A stretch of 63,750 bases of DNA, counting the filler, from Perkinsus chesapeaki ATCC PRA-425 (lineage: Eukaryota > Protista > Perkinsozoa): NCBI GenBank assembly GCA_013115145.1. It is 14 parts of 14 records of this genome, joined end to end, with 100 filler letters (N's around TTAATTAATTAA, not from the genome) between each part and the next. Parts side by side here need not be neighbours in the genome. Positions count along the whole stretch, not along the records: positions 1 to 1,928 come from JAAPAO010001728.1; positions 2,029 to 3,591 come from JAAPAO010001895.1; positions 3,692 to 5,908 come from JAAPAO010001651.1; positions 6,009 to 7,457 come from JAAPAO010001955.1; positions 7,558 to 18,898 come from JAAPAO010000848.1; 9 more parts are not named here. One strand, 5' to 3'. Within the stretch, counting starts at the first letter, position 1; each line of letters opens with the position of its first letter. Both the position numbers and the translations under genes were made by a program. Positions 1 to 11,748 of this stretch are shown piece by piece. The notes under the pieces were generated by a model, which saw nothing but the letters and a program-made list of their open reading frames with translations, made no database searches and was not told where the DNA came from.

Positions 1-149
1 TGTTGTCCACTCATAGGAGGCTGTGGTTGCTGTTGTCCACTCATAGGAGGCTGTGGTTGCTGTTGTCCACTCATAGGAGGCTGTGGTTGCTGTTGTCCAC
101 TCACAGGAGGCTGTGGTTGCTGTTGTCCACTCATAGGAGGCTGTGGTTG
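1..149. repeat. 30-bp tandem repeat (about 5 copies, truncated by window edge), protein-coding on the minus strand
   Basis: Unit TGTTGTCCACTCATAGGAGGCTGTGGTTGC repeats at 1, 31, 61, 91 (one T>C variant) and 121. The minus strand reads QPQPPMSGQQ per unit. Confidence 0.95.
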
Positions 150-683
150 ATAAGGCATTTGTCCAGCTACATACCCCCCAACCATTCCCCAAGCTGCCTG
201 CTGTTGTTGCCTTTGATAGTACTCCTGCTGCTGTTGTTGTGGCGCCAATGTAGGTGGTATATACCCCTGCGGCAGACCCTTATCCTCCTCGGGTGGCACC
301 AATGCATTGAACGCCGCAAAAGGATTTTCATTGCCTTCTCCATACACCGCCTGTGGCTGCTGCTGCTGCTGTACAGTCCCTGCCTGTCCTGTCCCATCCC
401 CTTGCTGCCCTCCAAAAGCAGCCATTGCCGCTGCGCTACTAGCCACTCCAGCGGCCGTTGCTGAGCCCCACACATCCGGACTGTCAAATGATAGCATATC
501 AGGTGGAGAGGCACTCGGGCCGGCGGCGCCGCTGCTCGCGGATAGCTCATCAGGGAACGTCGGTAATTGCGTATTGAAAAAGGCATTTTCCGCGGCGTCC
601 ACCTGGAGCTTATAGTCGTCCCGGTGTCCTATACGAGAGGCCAAGTCCGCCGCTGGAGGAATTTGCGGGTTGTCAGTGTCGCT
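3..683 (-). CDS. Gln/Pro-rich low-complexity exon of a hypothetical protein, open at the window edge
   Basis: Manual translation of the minus frame (codons 683-681 down to 5-3) has no stop: SDTDNPQIPPAADLASRIGHRDDYKLQVDAAENAFF...QQQQPQAVYGEGNENPFAAFNAL...QPQPPMSGQQ repeats. It is preceded by an acceptor-like TTTCTTCAG. It is absent from the ORF track because it lacks an upstream Met. Confidence 0.6.
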
Positions 684-733
684 CTGAAGAAAGCCTGGTT
701 AATTGACCTATTTCGAATCTTGCACTCTTCGAC

Positions 734-1495
734 CTACAGATCCGTCACTCGATTGATCGTCACTTGAAGAATCATCATCCACTCCCGCTTGAGCTCTAAG
801 AAGCGCAACTTGCTTTTGCATTTGACGGTACCTGTCCCCAACACGATGCGACGGAAATATGGTATAAAAACCCACTCGTCATCGTTAGTCTCATTAGCCG
901 CTCGCTTCTCAGCCATTCTCTTCTCATAATACCTAAGTGAGCCTCCTATCCCCTCACACCCTTCCCATCGCATTCCCTACTGTCGCAGCCTTATGGCCTG
1001 TTCTCGCTTCCCCTTGGCTGTATAAGCATAAAACGGCACCGTATCGATTAGAAGGTCCCACCGGTCCGTATAACGCGTCGGGACTATCTTAAAATAATGG
1101 CCTTGGAATTTGAAAGCGTAACTGTTGTGATGTGATCAGAGGTTGAAAGCGAACAAAAGATACCACCTGAACTTGCCGCTCTTTTGCACTTGCATGGTTT
1201 GTTCATAGCCATTCAGCACTACTCTGTATTTGTCACTGCGCCACGAAACGAATAAGTTGACCAGATAGCTCTGAAATGAGATTTCCTGTGAGGTCGATAA
1301 CTGAACTGATATCCAAATCTTCTGTAGCCGATTTATCAAATTTAGGTACGTCGAAGTTGCCACCGACCGGGAGGCACAGAGGAACAGTAATTGCTCAGCC
1401 GAGAAGGAATGGATTCGATGTTTAAACTTTCGGTAGTAAAGTCTCCTCGTAGTTGGATCAACTGTAGCACCCGGACATGGTTCCAGAATAGCCAT
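734..1495 (-). CDS. Probable upstream exons of the same hypothetical gene
   Basis: ORFs 1136-1495 and 734-973 lie on the same strand as the Q/P exon and have protein-like composition. No family motif was recognised and the exon structure is unresolved. Confidence 0.3.
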
Positions 1496-1928
1496 CCACA
1501 GAAAATGTGATTTCAGAGCCGCCGCGTGGCCGAACTCTTCCGCACTAGAGAAGCGTACTAATGCGAGGCTAGATGAATACCAGCATGGCCCGAAACTACC
1601 TGTCCCCCGATTTCAAAACGCCAGGTGTACCTAAGGAAGATACGCTCAGAGGAATCTTAGGTTGATGCTGGTACTTGGTCTTGGAGCTTGAGATGACGGA
1701 TCCTACATCCTCTGTTTCGTAAGATATCGCAGTTATCTCATCATCCTGACTGGCAGCAGCAGCTACCTTGGGTGAGGACGACATTAATAAAGATACCAAA
1801 CTTGAAGTATTCAGAAGGATTCTTAGAAGTTGTGAAGCGTTCTGCAAAGTTGATTTGTCACGTCACCGTGAAGATGCATGAAGATTTCTTGAAGATTGCA
1901 TGAAGAATGCAGGATGACAAACGGTTTC

Positions 1929-2028
1929 NNNNNNNNNNNNNNNNNNNNNNNNNNNNNNNNNNNNNNNNNNNNTTAATTAATTAANNNNNNNNNNNNNNNN
2001 NNNNNNNNNNNNNNNNNNNNNNNNNNNN
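1929..2028. other. Artificial contig linker (N-run, TTAATTAATTAA, N-run); same linker at 3592, 5909, 7458, 18899, 20816, 32019, 49142, 50706, 52022, 57035, 58239, 59502
   Basis: An identical 12-mer with stops in all six frames sits inside a block of about 100 nt of Ns at each junction. Confidence 0.97.
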
Positions 2029-3591
2029 GTAGGGGAGGTGGATCTTACAGTCGTGTACCGATAGCAGTAGTCCTTGTCGGGCAGATTGTAGTTGTTGAGC
2101 TGGGTCATAGGCCGTGGTCATCCGGGCTTCATGTAGGAATACCGCATTGTCCGGGATGGTGAGGACCCAGGGAAGTTTACGAAGATCTTGGCCTCGGTTG
2201 ACACTTTGGGTGTATAGCCCCATCGTTGGGGGGTCTTCAGTGATAGGGGAAACCAAAAACTTCCCGGCCGATATCCACGCCTTGGCCTTGGTAATCTCAG
2301 CGGGTTGTAGGTCATTGAACTTCTCCATTTTCTCGATGTTCATGGCTACAGCCCATATTGCCTTTACCCGAATCGACAGATAGGTAGAGTCGTCCTCGGC
2401 ATAGGCTTGGGTGATTATCTCAGCCTGTGACGTCGATAATGATAGAGAGACCTTGTCCTGCGGGTTGAGGCCAAGGGGGGGTAGGTCGGGTAGCTCGTCC
2501 TGCTCGTCGGCGTCGTCTTCGACTATAGGCATGATGGGGGCCATCGGGAAGAGGATGTCCTGGGTCTCCTCATTGACCTCCTTTCTTCCTATGGAGATGG
2601 CTTCTAGCCTGTCCGCGCACCTGCGGATTGGGATAAAGTCGAACTCTGCAAGCTCCATTTGCCAAGCTCGAAACCTTCGGGCTTTGATAGCCGTCTTGCC
2701 CGTAAATAGATCATCATCGGGGTCGTTGAGGAACTTCGAGATAGCAACTGTAGAGTCGGAGAAGAGCGTGACGGAGGGAGGCTGACTTTCGGACGAGAAC
2801 CTAGTAACACTTATTATTAGGGCTCGCCACTTAGAGAGAGCTTGAAAGATAGCATAACACTCCTTCTCGAACACGTGCCATCTCTGTTGGCTCTGGTCTA
2901 GGAGGGAACTGTGCGAACTTATTAGTTGTGACCTTCCTGCTTGTTGTAGATCGGCTATAGCAACTTCAACTGCAGGCTTCTTAACGTACCACAGGTGCGC
3001 ACCAGTGCCCAGGAGGCTGGCATCCGTAGTTATGCAGAGGGAGTTCTTATCACCATCCAGACTCATGATGTCCTCGTATGCCAGATAAGCTCGCGGGGAA
3101 TTCTCGAAGTGGTTGAGTAGTTGTTGTTGAGCTTCACGACATTCTTCCGTCCACTTGAAGGGGGTAGTATTCACTGCTACATGAAGAGGTGCCATGAGCG
3201 ATGAGAAGGTGTTGGCGTCGTCGAACTGGAAGGCGGTCACACCATAGTTATAGACTCCTATAATAGATCGCAACTGTTTGGAGCTCTTAGGGGTGATGTT
3301 TAGAGCCACCGTTACCTTCTTAACATTTGTTGGGGATAGTGACCACCCTTGAGCTGACAGGGTCAGTCCAAGACAGTCCACAGAGTCCTTGACCTCACAC
3401 GGTTCTTTAGGGGAGATGGGCTTCTTGAGAGCTCGTAGGGCACATAGTAAAATTCGACGTCGTCCTTCAGCTTGTTCCATAGATCTCCCATGTCCCACCA
3501 CGTCGTCTAGGTAGATGGTGAACATTCTCCGCCAATATCCCTTAATAGGGTATAGTAGATCCAGCTGGGTCTTGAGCGAGAAGGGGAAGAA
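2029..3591 (-). mobile_element. Ty3/Gypsy-type LTR retrotransposon pol fragment (RT C-terminus plus RNase H)
   Basis: RT catalytic YLDD. RNase H motifs TTDASLLGTGA, FEKECYAIFQALSKWR and LFSDS. Connection region LRSIIGVYNY and FKWTEECREA. Confidence 0.9.
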
Positions 3592-3691
3592 NNNNNNNNN
3601 NNNNNNNNNNNNNNNNNNNNNNNNNNNNNNNNNNNTTAATTAATTAANNNNNNNNNNNNNNNNNNNNNNNNNNNNNNNNNNNNNNNNNNNN

Positions 3692-3762
<71 letters not shown>
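3692..3762. repeat. (TAT)n microsatellite, about 23 units
   Basis: Uninterrupted TATTATTAT run at the contig start. Confidence 0.95.
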
Positions 3763-3763
<1 letters not shown>

Positions 3764-3899
3764 AGTCCTTTGTGTCTTTAATTGCTGTGGTGAGAAATAT
3801 ATGATAAGATATAGTGTTACTGTTATCAATAGAACAAAGAATATATTTAATAAAATCTAATAATAGTACTTAATTATTATTATTAGTATTATTATTATT

Positions 3900-5803
3900 A
3901 CTGATCTTGATAATTGTTTATTCCTATATGTTGTCATCTTCTGTGTTTTCAATTCTTTCCATTGTTTTATACGCCTTTTCCATGCATTACTTTCATAACG
4001 TTTACGTGGGTCTTTGTTATTCATTATATCATCATATCCACCACCACCGTTAACAGACTGTCTACTACTCCATAATGGATACCCATACTCATAATAATCT
4101 ACTACCGCTCCTTGTTCTTGCTGTTGTATTGGTAAAAACCTAATATAATATTATATATCGTCATATCCCCCTATATACCCATTATTATTAAGTTGTTGGT
4201 GTTGTTGTTGGGTTATTGTTGTTGCTGGTGTCCACATAGCACTTAAGGTTAATGGTGTCAATGATATTGGTGATGATGATGATGCTTGTGATGATGTTGC
4301 TTGTCGAGCATCTACTACTCCTTTATGTAGAGAGGGATGAGGATGAGGAGTTGATTTAATTGGTGTTTGGTAGTTAGTATTATCTATTTATTAATATTAA
4401 ATATTAAGGAGGTTATTAGTCTACTAGCAAGTGTTATTGAACATGTTAGTAATGATGTTGCAGATTCACCAACTACTCCTATAGGTTGCTGCTGCTGCTG
4501 AGGACTGAAAATAAAATACCCGATGCAGGATTCGAACCTACGACCATCTGCTCCGTAGGCAGACATTCTATCCAGCTGAACTAATCGGGCGATGCTTACG
4601 TGACTCGATATGATGATCGTGTCATACATTCCCTATCCTACCACATGTTTCTATCCCCCGTTGTGAACTGCTGCTGTTCATCTATTTGTATAACCTCCTG
4701 CTCTCCTGCTTCCTCCATCCTTCCACACTTTTGAGCACCCTGTTCTATTGATAACATTAATGCTTCATCCCATCTACTCTCTAATTGATTACGTAAATAT
4801 CTATTATTGATATTATTACTATAATATAGCAACCCGATTAAGGTAATAACACCTTCTTTTATCTGGTAATTCTCTAACCATTTTAGCCATACCTTCAGCT
4901 TTCTCTTTCCTTAAACCAATATCAACATATCTTAATATAAATTCAGCAATAAACCAAAATAATGTAATAATAACAACACCACATATTAAGCCTCTTATAG
5001 TTACTACATTAGCTGGTGTTATTGTATATATATTATTACAATAGGAGCCATCTTTAACTTCAATACAGTTTGCTATAATATCAACTGCTCTTGTATTCTC
5101 ATTATTTCGCATATATACTGAACACTCTAATGGTTTTTGATTAAATGGTATTTCTTCATCTAACGTTTTTGGATCAGGACATCTATCCCCATCAGTACCC
5201 CGTATTGTACATGCTTCATTACAAGTATCATATGAATAACATATAATCTCGGCATCTTCCCTTTTACCTTCAGATGGTATAACACATTTACCACGCCTGA
5301 TGTTAAATGTATGTATTTGTGTTATTAACTTATTATTATTATAACCTCTCATTGATAGGTAAACCTTCTGGTATAGCAAAACCAGCATCATCTATTATTT
5401 TCATAAAAGATTCTTTTAATGGTAAAGATACCTACTATATATAATATCTATATATTATTATTTGTATTCCTACTTGACATCTAGGACCATCTGGTGCTGT
5501 ACTACTAGCTATAAATGTATTTTTAATATTAGGACATTCATATAAAGGTATTGTATTAAGTTCGGTATCAATAATCCATGAATAACCCCATGACCACCAT
5601 GTAGCTGCTATAGTAAGACACAATAGAAGTGATATAAATAATATAATAACTCTGCCAAATATAGGTAGTATTGCTGGTTTACTATATCCAACAGCAGCTG
5701 TAGTAGTAGCTTTCTTAGGTGATTCTAATACAAGTGTTGAATTACCACCGCAGAATGATGATGATGTCATAGTAAAACTATACAGTACACCTCTGACCAT
5801 CAA
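3900..5803 (-). CDS. Multi-exon hypothetical membrane protein in an AT-rich contig; hosts an intronic tRNA; 3' end approximate
   Basis: Exon ORFs 5435-5803 (TM segment), 4819-5391 (Cys-rich then TM), 4638-4832 and 4384-4504. Two phase-consistent GT-AG joins were checked by hand: AG/A (Arg) into YLRNQLESRW, and TG/T (Cys) into PQQQQQPIG across intron 4641-4505. Confidence 0.55.
4517..4590 (-). tRNA. trnR-ACG: tRNA-Arg (anticodon ACG)
   Basis: Minus strand GCCCGATTAGTTCAGCTGGATAGAATGTCTGCCTACGGAGCAGATGGTCGTAGGTTCGAATCCTGCATCGGGTA. Acceptor GCCCGAT/ATCGGGT, anticodon stem TCTGC/GCAGA with loop CT-ACG-GA, T-loop GTTCGAATC, followed by TTTT. Confidence 0.95.
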
Positions 5804-6008
5804 TCCCTTCTCCCAACATCATATTTCATGAAAGATTGTGAGAAGCCAACTGGCATGCACATCTCACTTGCTCTCTCGATATTCCCTTATTACTCAGTTA
5901 GCATTGTTNNNNNNNNNNNNNNNNNNNNNNNNNNNNNNNNNNNNNNNNNNNNTTAATTAATTAANNNNNNNNNNNNNNNNNNNNNNNNNNNNNNNNNNNN
6001 NNNNNNNN

Positions 6009-7457
6009 GACAGACCAACAGGAGGGGCCGTGTTTGCACCGTAGCACGTTAGGGATCACGGGGAATGGTTCTATAACGTTGCTATTAGAAACGGATGCGT
6101 CGCTCCTGGGTTGGGGTTTCTGTTTATGGGCTACAAGGCAGGATGGCCATACGTCTTTCAAGGAGGGAGATTTCTTCGAAGTTCTGTCAGCGGCGGGAAG
6201 ATGGAACCACCGGCAATCTTGCTATCACTCTAATCGTCGAGAACTGACCGCACTTCTGGAGGGTTTGCAAAGAACTTCAAGGGTAGTAGAAACATGGTGG
6301 CGAGCTTCCAAGGGGAGGGTCGGATGCAACATCTATCTGAGAGTGGATAATAGTGCAACTGTCAGTTGGGGACAGGGACGAAAACCATCACGCGCGTTAG
6401 AAGTAAGGGCAATAGTGCGTCTAGCGGACGCGGTGAAGGGTGAGATTATGCATTTAAGGCAGTTGGGAGATAGTATAAAGGTCGAGTTGCGGCACCTAAA
6501 GGGGACGGACAACGCAAGGTCAGACGGTCTATCGCGACTGCTGGAGAGACCCTGTCGCAATGGTAAGCAGTTGGGGCGAGTATTACAAGAGCATTTAGAT
6601 GGACCACTATCGGCAGCTTTGATTGACGATGATTTTATTTGCCGAGTAGGGGAGCTAGACCCAGCTAATACGCCAGGGATGGAGGACTCAATAAAATACT
6701 TCCCAGACGCGACGGAAGGTGCCGCCGAAAAGCACAAGGAAGATGGAACGGAGCCCATGGCAGAGCGAATAGCTGGGCAAGTATGGGACATTGAAGGGCT
6801 TCTCGAGTTGTGGAAAGCAATTAGATTCAGTTGGACTTATTGGAAATCTATAACTAAAAACCAGAAGGCGCCGGCGAATTATCCCGTGAATTATTCATCT
6901 GAGGATGAAGCCTCGATGATACGATCGCTACAGACAGCGGTTTGGACTGACAAGGAACGGGAGGCTTTGGCGTTTGAGAACCGTTTTGAGCTTTCAGGTT
7001 CGGACTCTTCTTTAACTCTTCAGTACAGGTGCCCAGAGACGGATGGTAGCGTTCGACACTGTTACTATGTTCCTAAACCTTTCCGCCTCGTAAGAGGTTT
7101 GTTGGTACGTACTTGTCATCGTGGTTGTGGTCACGGTACTACTTTGGTCACTAAGGAACGAGTCTATCAGGCGGGGTATTTTTCACCGTCTCTAACCAGA
7201 CTAGTCCGTGATGAGATTTCTACTTGTATCATATGCCAGAGGTTGTCTGCTAAGAGAAGAAGGGACCAACCCTTAGGGGTGGCGGGTCCGAGTGCGGTGA
7301 GCTCGGAACTATCCTACGAGAAGCTTGTGCAGATGAAACGCCCACCTTATTATGTTACGGCCGTGGACGTTATTAAGCTCTCGGCGGATCCTTCTCTGAC
7401 ATATTTATCTTGCTATTGTCTTCAGACTCGTCACGCTTGCTGGGTAGCTCTCAACAG
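6009..7457 (+). mobile_element. LTR retrotransposon pol fragment (RNase H plus integrase zinc finger and first catalytic Asp)
   Basis: LETDASLLGWG, HSNRRELTALLEGL, LRVDNSATVSW, NARSDGLSR. Integrase CHRGCGHG...CIICQ, then VTAVDVI. Confidence 0.88.
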
Positions 7458-7760
7458 NNNNNNNNNNNNNNNNNNNNNNNNNNNNNNNNNNNNNNNNNNN
7501 NTTAATTAATTAANNNNNNNNNNNNNNNNNNNNNNNNNNNNNNNNNNNNNNNNNNNNCGGCGATGACAATTCTGGCAGGCTCACCACCACAGTGGCAATC
7601 AACACATTCGATACGACGGTAGGGAAGAGGCGAGGCTGGCATGGCGCGCTGTCGTTTGAGGGTCTCGTAACTCTCCGAACGCAACAACTCATTGGTTTGA
7701 AGAAACGATTAAGTTATGAAGATTATAGGTAACACACTGTACGCGGGAGGGTGAAGTAAC

Positions 7761-9662
7761 TTAGGCCTCAACAAAGGAAGCTTCGACATCGGTGAAGTAC
7801 TTGTAGAAACCTTCACAAAGGCGAAGCATCGAATCAATGTCCTCTACGGAACAGGTCTCCCTGAAAGAATACCCAAATAGAATCGATACAGGAAGCGAAC
7901 CTAGGCCGAGATCGCATGTCTTCTTAAACGATATGGATAACAGAAGTTGACAGACCTACCTGATAGAGTGCATGGCCCACTGTGTAATGCCCAAGTCCAC
8001 CGTACGAATACCGAGGTTGGCCGAGAGCATAGGGCCGATAGTCGATCCGCTACTTGTGCCATTTTTAACAGTAAACTCTTGGAGTGGCACCTGTTCATAC
8101 ACATTGCACGTCTTCAACGAAGAACCAGCCGCGAGATTCGCTTACGTTCGATTTCTCGGCAACGATTTCAGTGATAGCGGTTGTAGCTGCGTTGGTAGCA
8201 TAAAGTTGGTTAGGGTTGATTTTAATAGCGACGCCCTTCCCCAAGCCGGTCTTGTGCTCTGCCTGGTGACGATCGGGATAGTTAGGGTGAACAGCATGCT
8301 CTCCATCAGCAGAAACCAAAATGGATCTGACAAGAAAAATGATTCAGCCAGGAATCGAACCCGAGGCCTCTTCACCTGGCAACCAGTTGAGAGTAGTAGT
8401 TCCGAGCTGAGAAGCTGGTAAGCAAGCGCTCAATCCAAGTCTGGACGCTCTTCGAATTCGCACCAGTGGCGCTCCGTGAGCCAACCTCCTCGTGGTTGAA
8501 CGCTACGGCTACGGACAACTGTGAGCCTGCAAACAGTCTGCTTACGAAGCAGGTCCAATAAGTGCCGACGGTTACCCTTGGCGAGCTCATCTGCCTCCGT
8601 AGCGATCGCTGTGAAAGCTGAAAAGGTCGAGACGAGATTGTCGATTCTTGCTGAGGCGAGGAATTCCTCGTAGAGGCCGACAAAGGATGCAGGCGTCGAG
8701 TCCATCATACAGATATCGAAGTCTAATATGTCATCTACTTCACACCTGATCAGACGACAGCTATGGCTGGCAAACAAGATGTCGAATTTCAATTGTAAGG
8801 TCGATGTTTGTGGGGCCAAATGCAGCGCGTGATAACGTGAATTTTGGGCGAGTTCAGATGATAAAAGTTATCTGGCGGGCTAAAGCATATCTACTGCTGC
8901 TGCTCCTGCTGAGGGTAAGAAAGAGTCGAATCCAATTGAAGCACTAGATGGAGCACATATTAGCATTATTATTACTACCCTGCTTCATCAGCTAACAATT
9001 CTAGGAAGACACGATGGTTTCCTCGAACCTTATCCTCAGTTGTTGCATACTTCTTGGAACAGAATACAGGCATAAGATGCTCTTCGGGATTGATCTGATA
9101 AATATGATGACAGATGACTGATTTGAACCTGCGTCTCTCCTACCTTAAACGCTGCCCTCTCCTCGTTGCTCTGTAAATGCCTACAGAGGTTGGGCAAAAT
9201 AGCCACTGGACGTGGCACGCGAACAAGCTTTTCATGAAGTGCTCCTCCGCTGTGATAAACGATCTTTCCGGCCAGTCCAAGACCCCGATCAAACCAAGTG
9301 TGCCAGAGACCGCCACCGTAAGGCGCGACACCGAGCTCGAGCATCCCCTCCGACTCCTTAGCCGCATTTGGACGCAATCTCAGACAGGGAGAGTCCGTAT
9401 GCGTTCCGATGATGACCATGCTGGAGGTGGTGGGGTCGAATTGTTGACCCACGACAAAGGAGAAGATCTCGGAGCCGCCTCTTACGGTGTAATACTTCCC
9501 GCCCTTCTCAAGATGCCAAGTCTTGCGCTCACTGAGTCGCTGGAAGCCGGCCTTCTCGAGGATGTTTTGGCACTCAAACACAGAGTGATAGGGCGATCCA
9601 GTGCGGTCGACAAAGCCCTTAAAAGCAGTGGCGGCGGCAGTGGGGAAGGCAGAGGTTGACAT
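7761..9662 (-). CDS. DNPEP: Aspartyl aminopeptidase (peptidase family M18), multi-exon
   Basis: Exons in order carry SPYHSV, GTHTDSPCLRLRP, PYGGGLWHTWFDRGLG, SARIDNLVS, FNHEEVGS, SADGEHAVHPNY, NQLYATN, GSTIGPMLSANLGIRTVDLGITQWAMHSIR and ETCSVEDI...EGFY, ending in TAA at 7763-7761. ATG at 9662. Confidence 0.93.
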
Positions 9663-10235
9663 AGCCAAGGTTACGTGACAAAACTGAACGGTGTAAACAG
9701 CCGATATATAGCGCAAATCTCAGCGAGCAAACAACGTATTCAGACGATGACTGACGTGGGCGGTGATAAAGATACATTGCCATGGAGAGTAGGAGGCCGA
9801 TGCTACCACTGGCAGCTGGTCGGATGGCCTTGCTCGACCAGACTCCTCGGAGGATGTATGAACGATATCCTATAATGGCAATCGGGACTGACCTGAGTGA
9901 GTGGGGACGAGTTCTATCAAATACTAGCGAGCTAGCGTGACGGCTACCATTGGGAGGCTAATATTAAGACAGTTATTCAAGGCGTTGTTACGTTCAAGGC
10001 TTCACAGTAGACCTATTTTGTATCTTACTACCCTGAAGCTAAGATACCACATGAATACTTCCAATATCTCTCCCTGTCTATCGCTGAAAATAGCGTAGAC
10101 GTTCCCGCAGTGGCCGTCGCGACCATTGGGACATAACACAGAGGACAAGCCATCAATCTACCTCCGCAATACTTAACCAAGCACTTAGACCTCTAGTGGA
10201 ACGGGGAGTATCTTTTTGCACGCGTGCGCTAGGGG

Positions 10236-11722
10236 ATGCGTTTCCTTCCTGTTGGTGAGCTACCTGACAGTTCACCCTGGTTTGACGAAGAGACACATTC
10301 ACGCACAGATCTAGCGAAGTACTCCGAGCTGGGCAAATGGGGAAATGGCGAACTATTTTCGAGGCGCGCGACAATCGAGTGATAGACAATCTTGCACTTT
10401 GCACAACAGCGCATTTCCATTTTCGCCACAGGAGACTGGTTGGTTGGGTTAGATTCGTGGGTTTATTATCACCACCATTGCAGAACGATCTTTCCCGATC
10501 CCTGGAAAATATCAGATGTTTCATAGAGCGCACACTTGACTGCGACTTTTCGACTTGGGAACCGCAGCTTCAGTCGATGACTTGTCACGAGCTCATTCAA
10601 AATCCTTGGTGTTTGCTTCTGAAGCTTCCATCACGTAGCATTACGCCGTAACATCGACCTCGGTCGGCCGATTCGGTATTGATGGCTATAACGAATAACA
10701 TAATCGTTGATTGGAGATGATGTTGTGGAGGTTCCCGTGTGTTATACTCTAAATGCGTTTTCAATTCCCCTCGTATCGTGCCCTCACCTGCGGCTTGAGC
10801 ATCATCTCGATTACATGGTGAGTGGCAATAGTTTGGAAGTCAAATTGGCTGAGTCGACCCTCTTTAGGATACTGCAAGGATGCAGCGAGCACGCTGAACG
10901 AGACGTAAGTTCTTTCGGACTCGGGGAATCTTTCCGTTGCGACCCCTGCGCATATCTTACCGTTTTGGATTCTTCAACCTCGACTGCGCGAAACGTTATT
11001 CATTAAATCATTAATTTAGTATCCCTCTTAGCGATTTGTTTGATGTTTCCGTCAGCAGGTTCCGAAGGCTCGTGGAAGAAAGACAGGCGAAGTGTTAACA
11101 AGCTGCGACATCTACCTTGGTTTGACCGCCCCCTTCACCATCGCCACCTACGAGGCTACTGGCGATGGACAGTTCCACCTTACCAGCGCTACATGTGGAG
11201 CTAAGAAGACATCGGCTCATGTTAGTGGCAGTCCGGCGGGAGAGAGGCCAGCCTATGCGACAGACTGTGAGGAATTGCAGGATGCTGAGCGAGATCAATA
11301 TGCAGAAGGGAAGGATCTCAGCTCGGTAAGATGGAGTATCTTAGGTTGAGGGTGCAAGATACGTGAAATGTAATCTTGATGACAGTGTTATACACCTGGT
11401 TTGTTTGTAGCTTTACGAAGAGTGTGACGGTCCTGGTCGAGTAGAGACTTCTGATGAAGAGGGTATGATGGTCGGAAGTGGAAGCCTTGGGACGGACGAT
11501 ACTGCCAAGTTGAAGGAAGGCCTCATGTCCTACCGGACCGTCAGCATCTTTGTTAAGGACATTGACGACTCCAACACAGGGGTAGTTAAAAGCGCTGTAC
11601 GTGGTCGCAGTCGCTTTGTTTTTCAGTCGTACTATGTCTCTGGTGGATCACATAGTTCGTCGTACGTATCATCGTTCGTGGATTTAGGTGAAAGCCATCA
11701 GGAGATCCGCAAGCATGATTAG
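10236..11722 (+). CDS. Multi-exon hypothetical protein, paralog 1 of an unrecognised tandem family; boundaries approximate
   Basis: Exons 11092-11349 and 11465-11590 align by eye to exons of the next gene (ATYEATGD...SATCG...ATDCEELQDAERDQYAEGKDLSSVR; EGLMSYRTVSIFVKD). Confidence 0.45.
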
Positions 11723-11748
11723 ATCCCTTGCCGCTGTCGCATGTCGTG

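Noticed and set aside
3-615. Track ORFs 3-464 (+), 167-586 (-) and 307-615 (+)
   Set aside because: These are antisense or off-frame readings of the Q/P-rich minus-strand exon.
1973-1984. Palindromic TTAATTAATTAA recurring 13 times
   Set aside because: Always centred in N runs; an assembly linker, not biology. ORFs ending in LIN or spanning X runs are artefacts.
3644-3829. Poly-Ile ORF
   Set aside because: Translation of the (TAT)n microsatellite.
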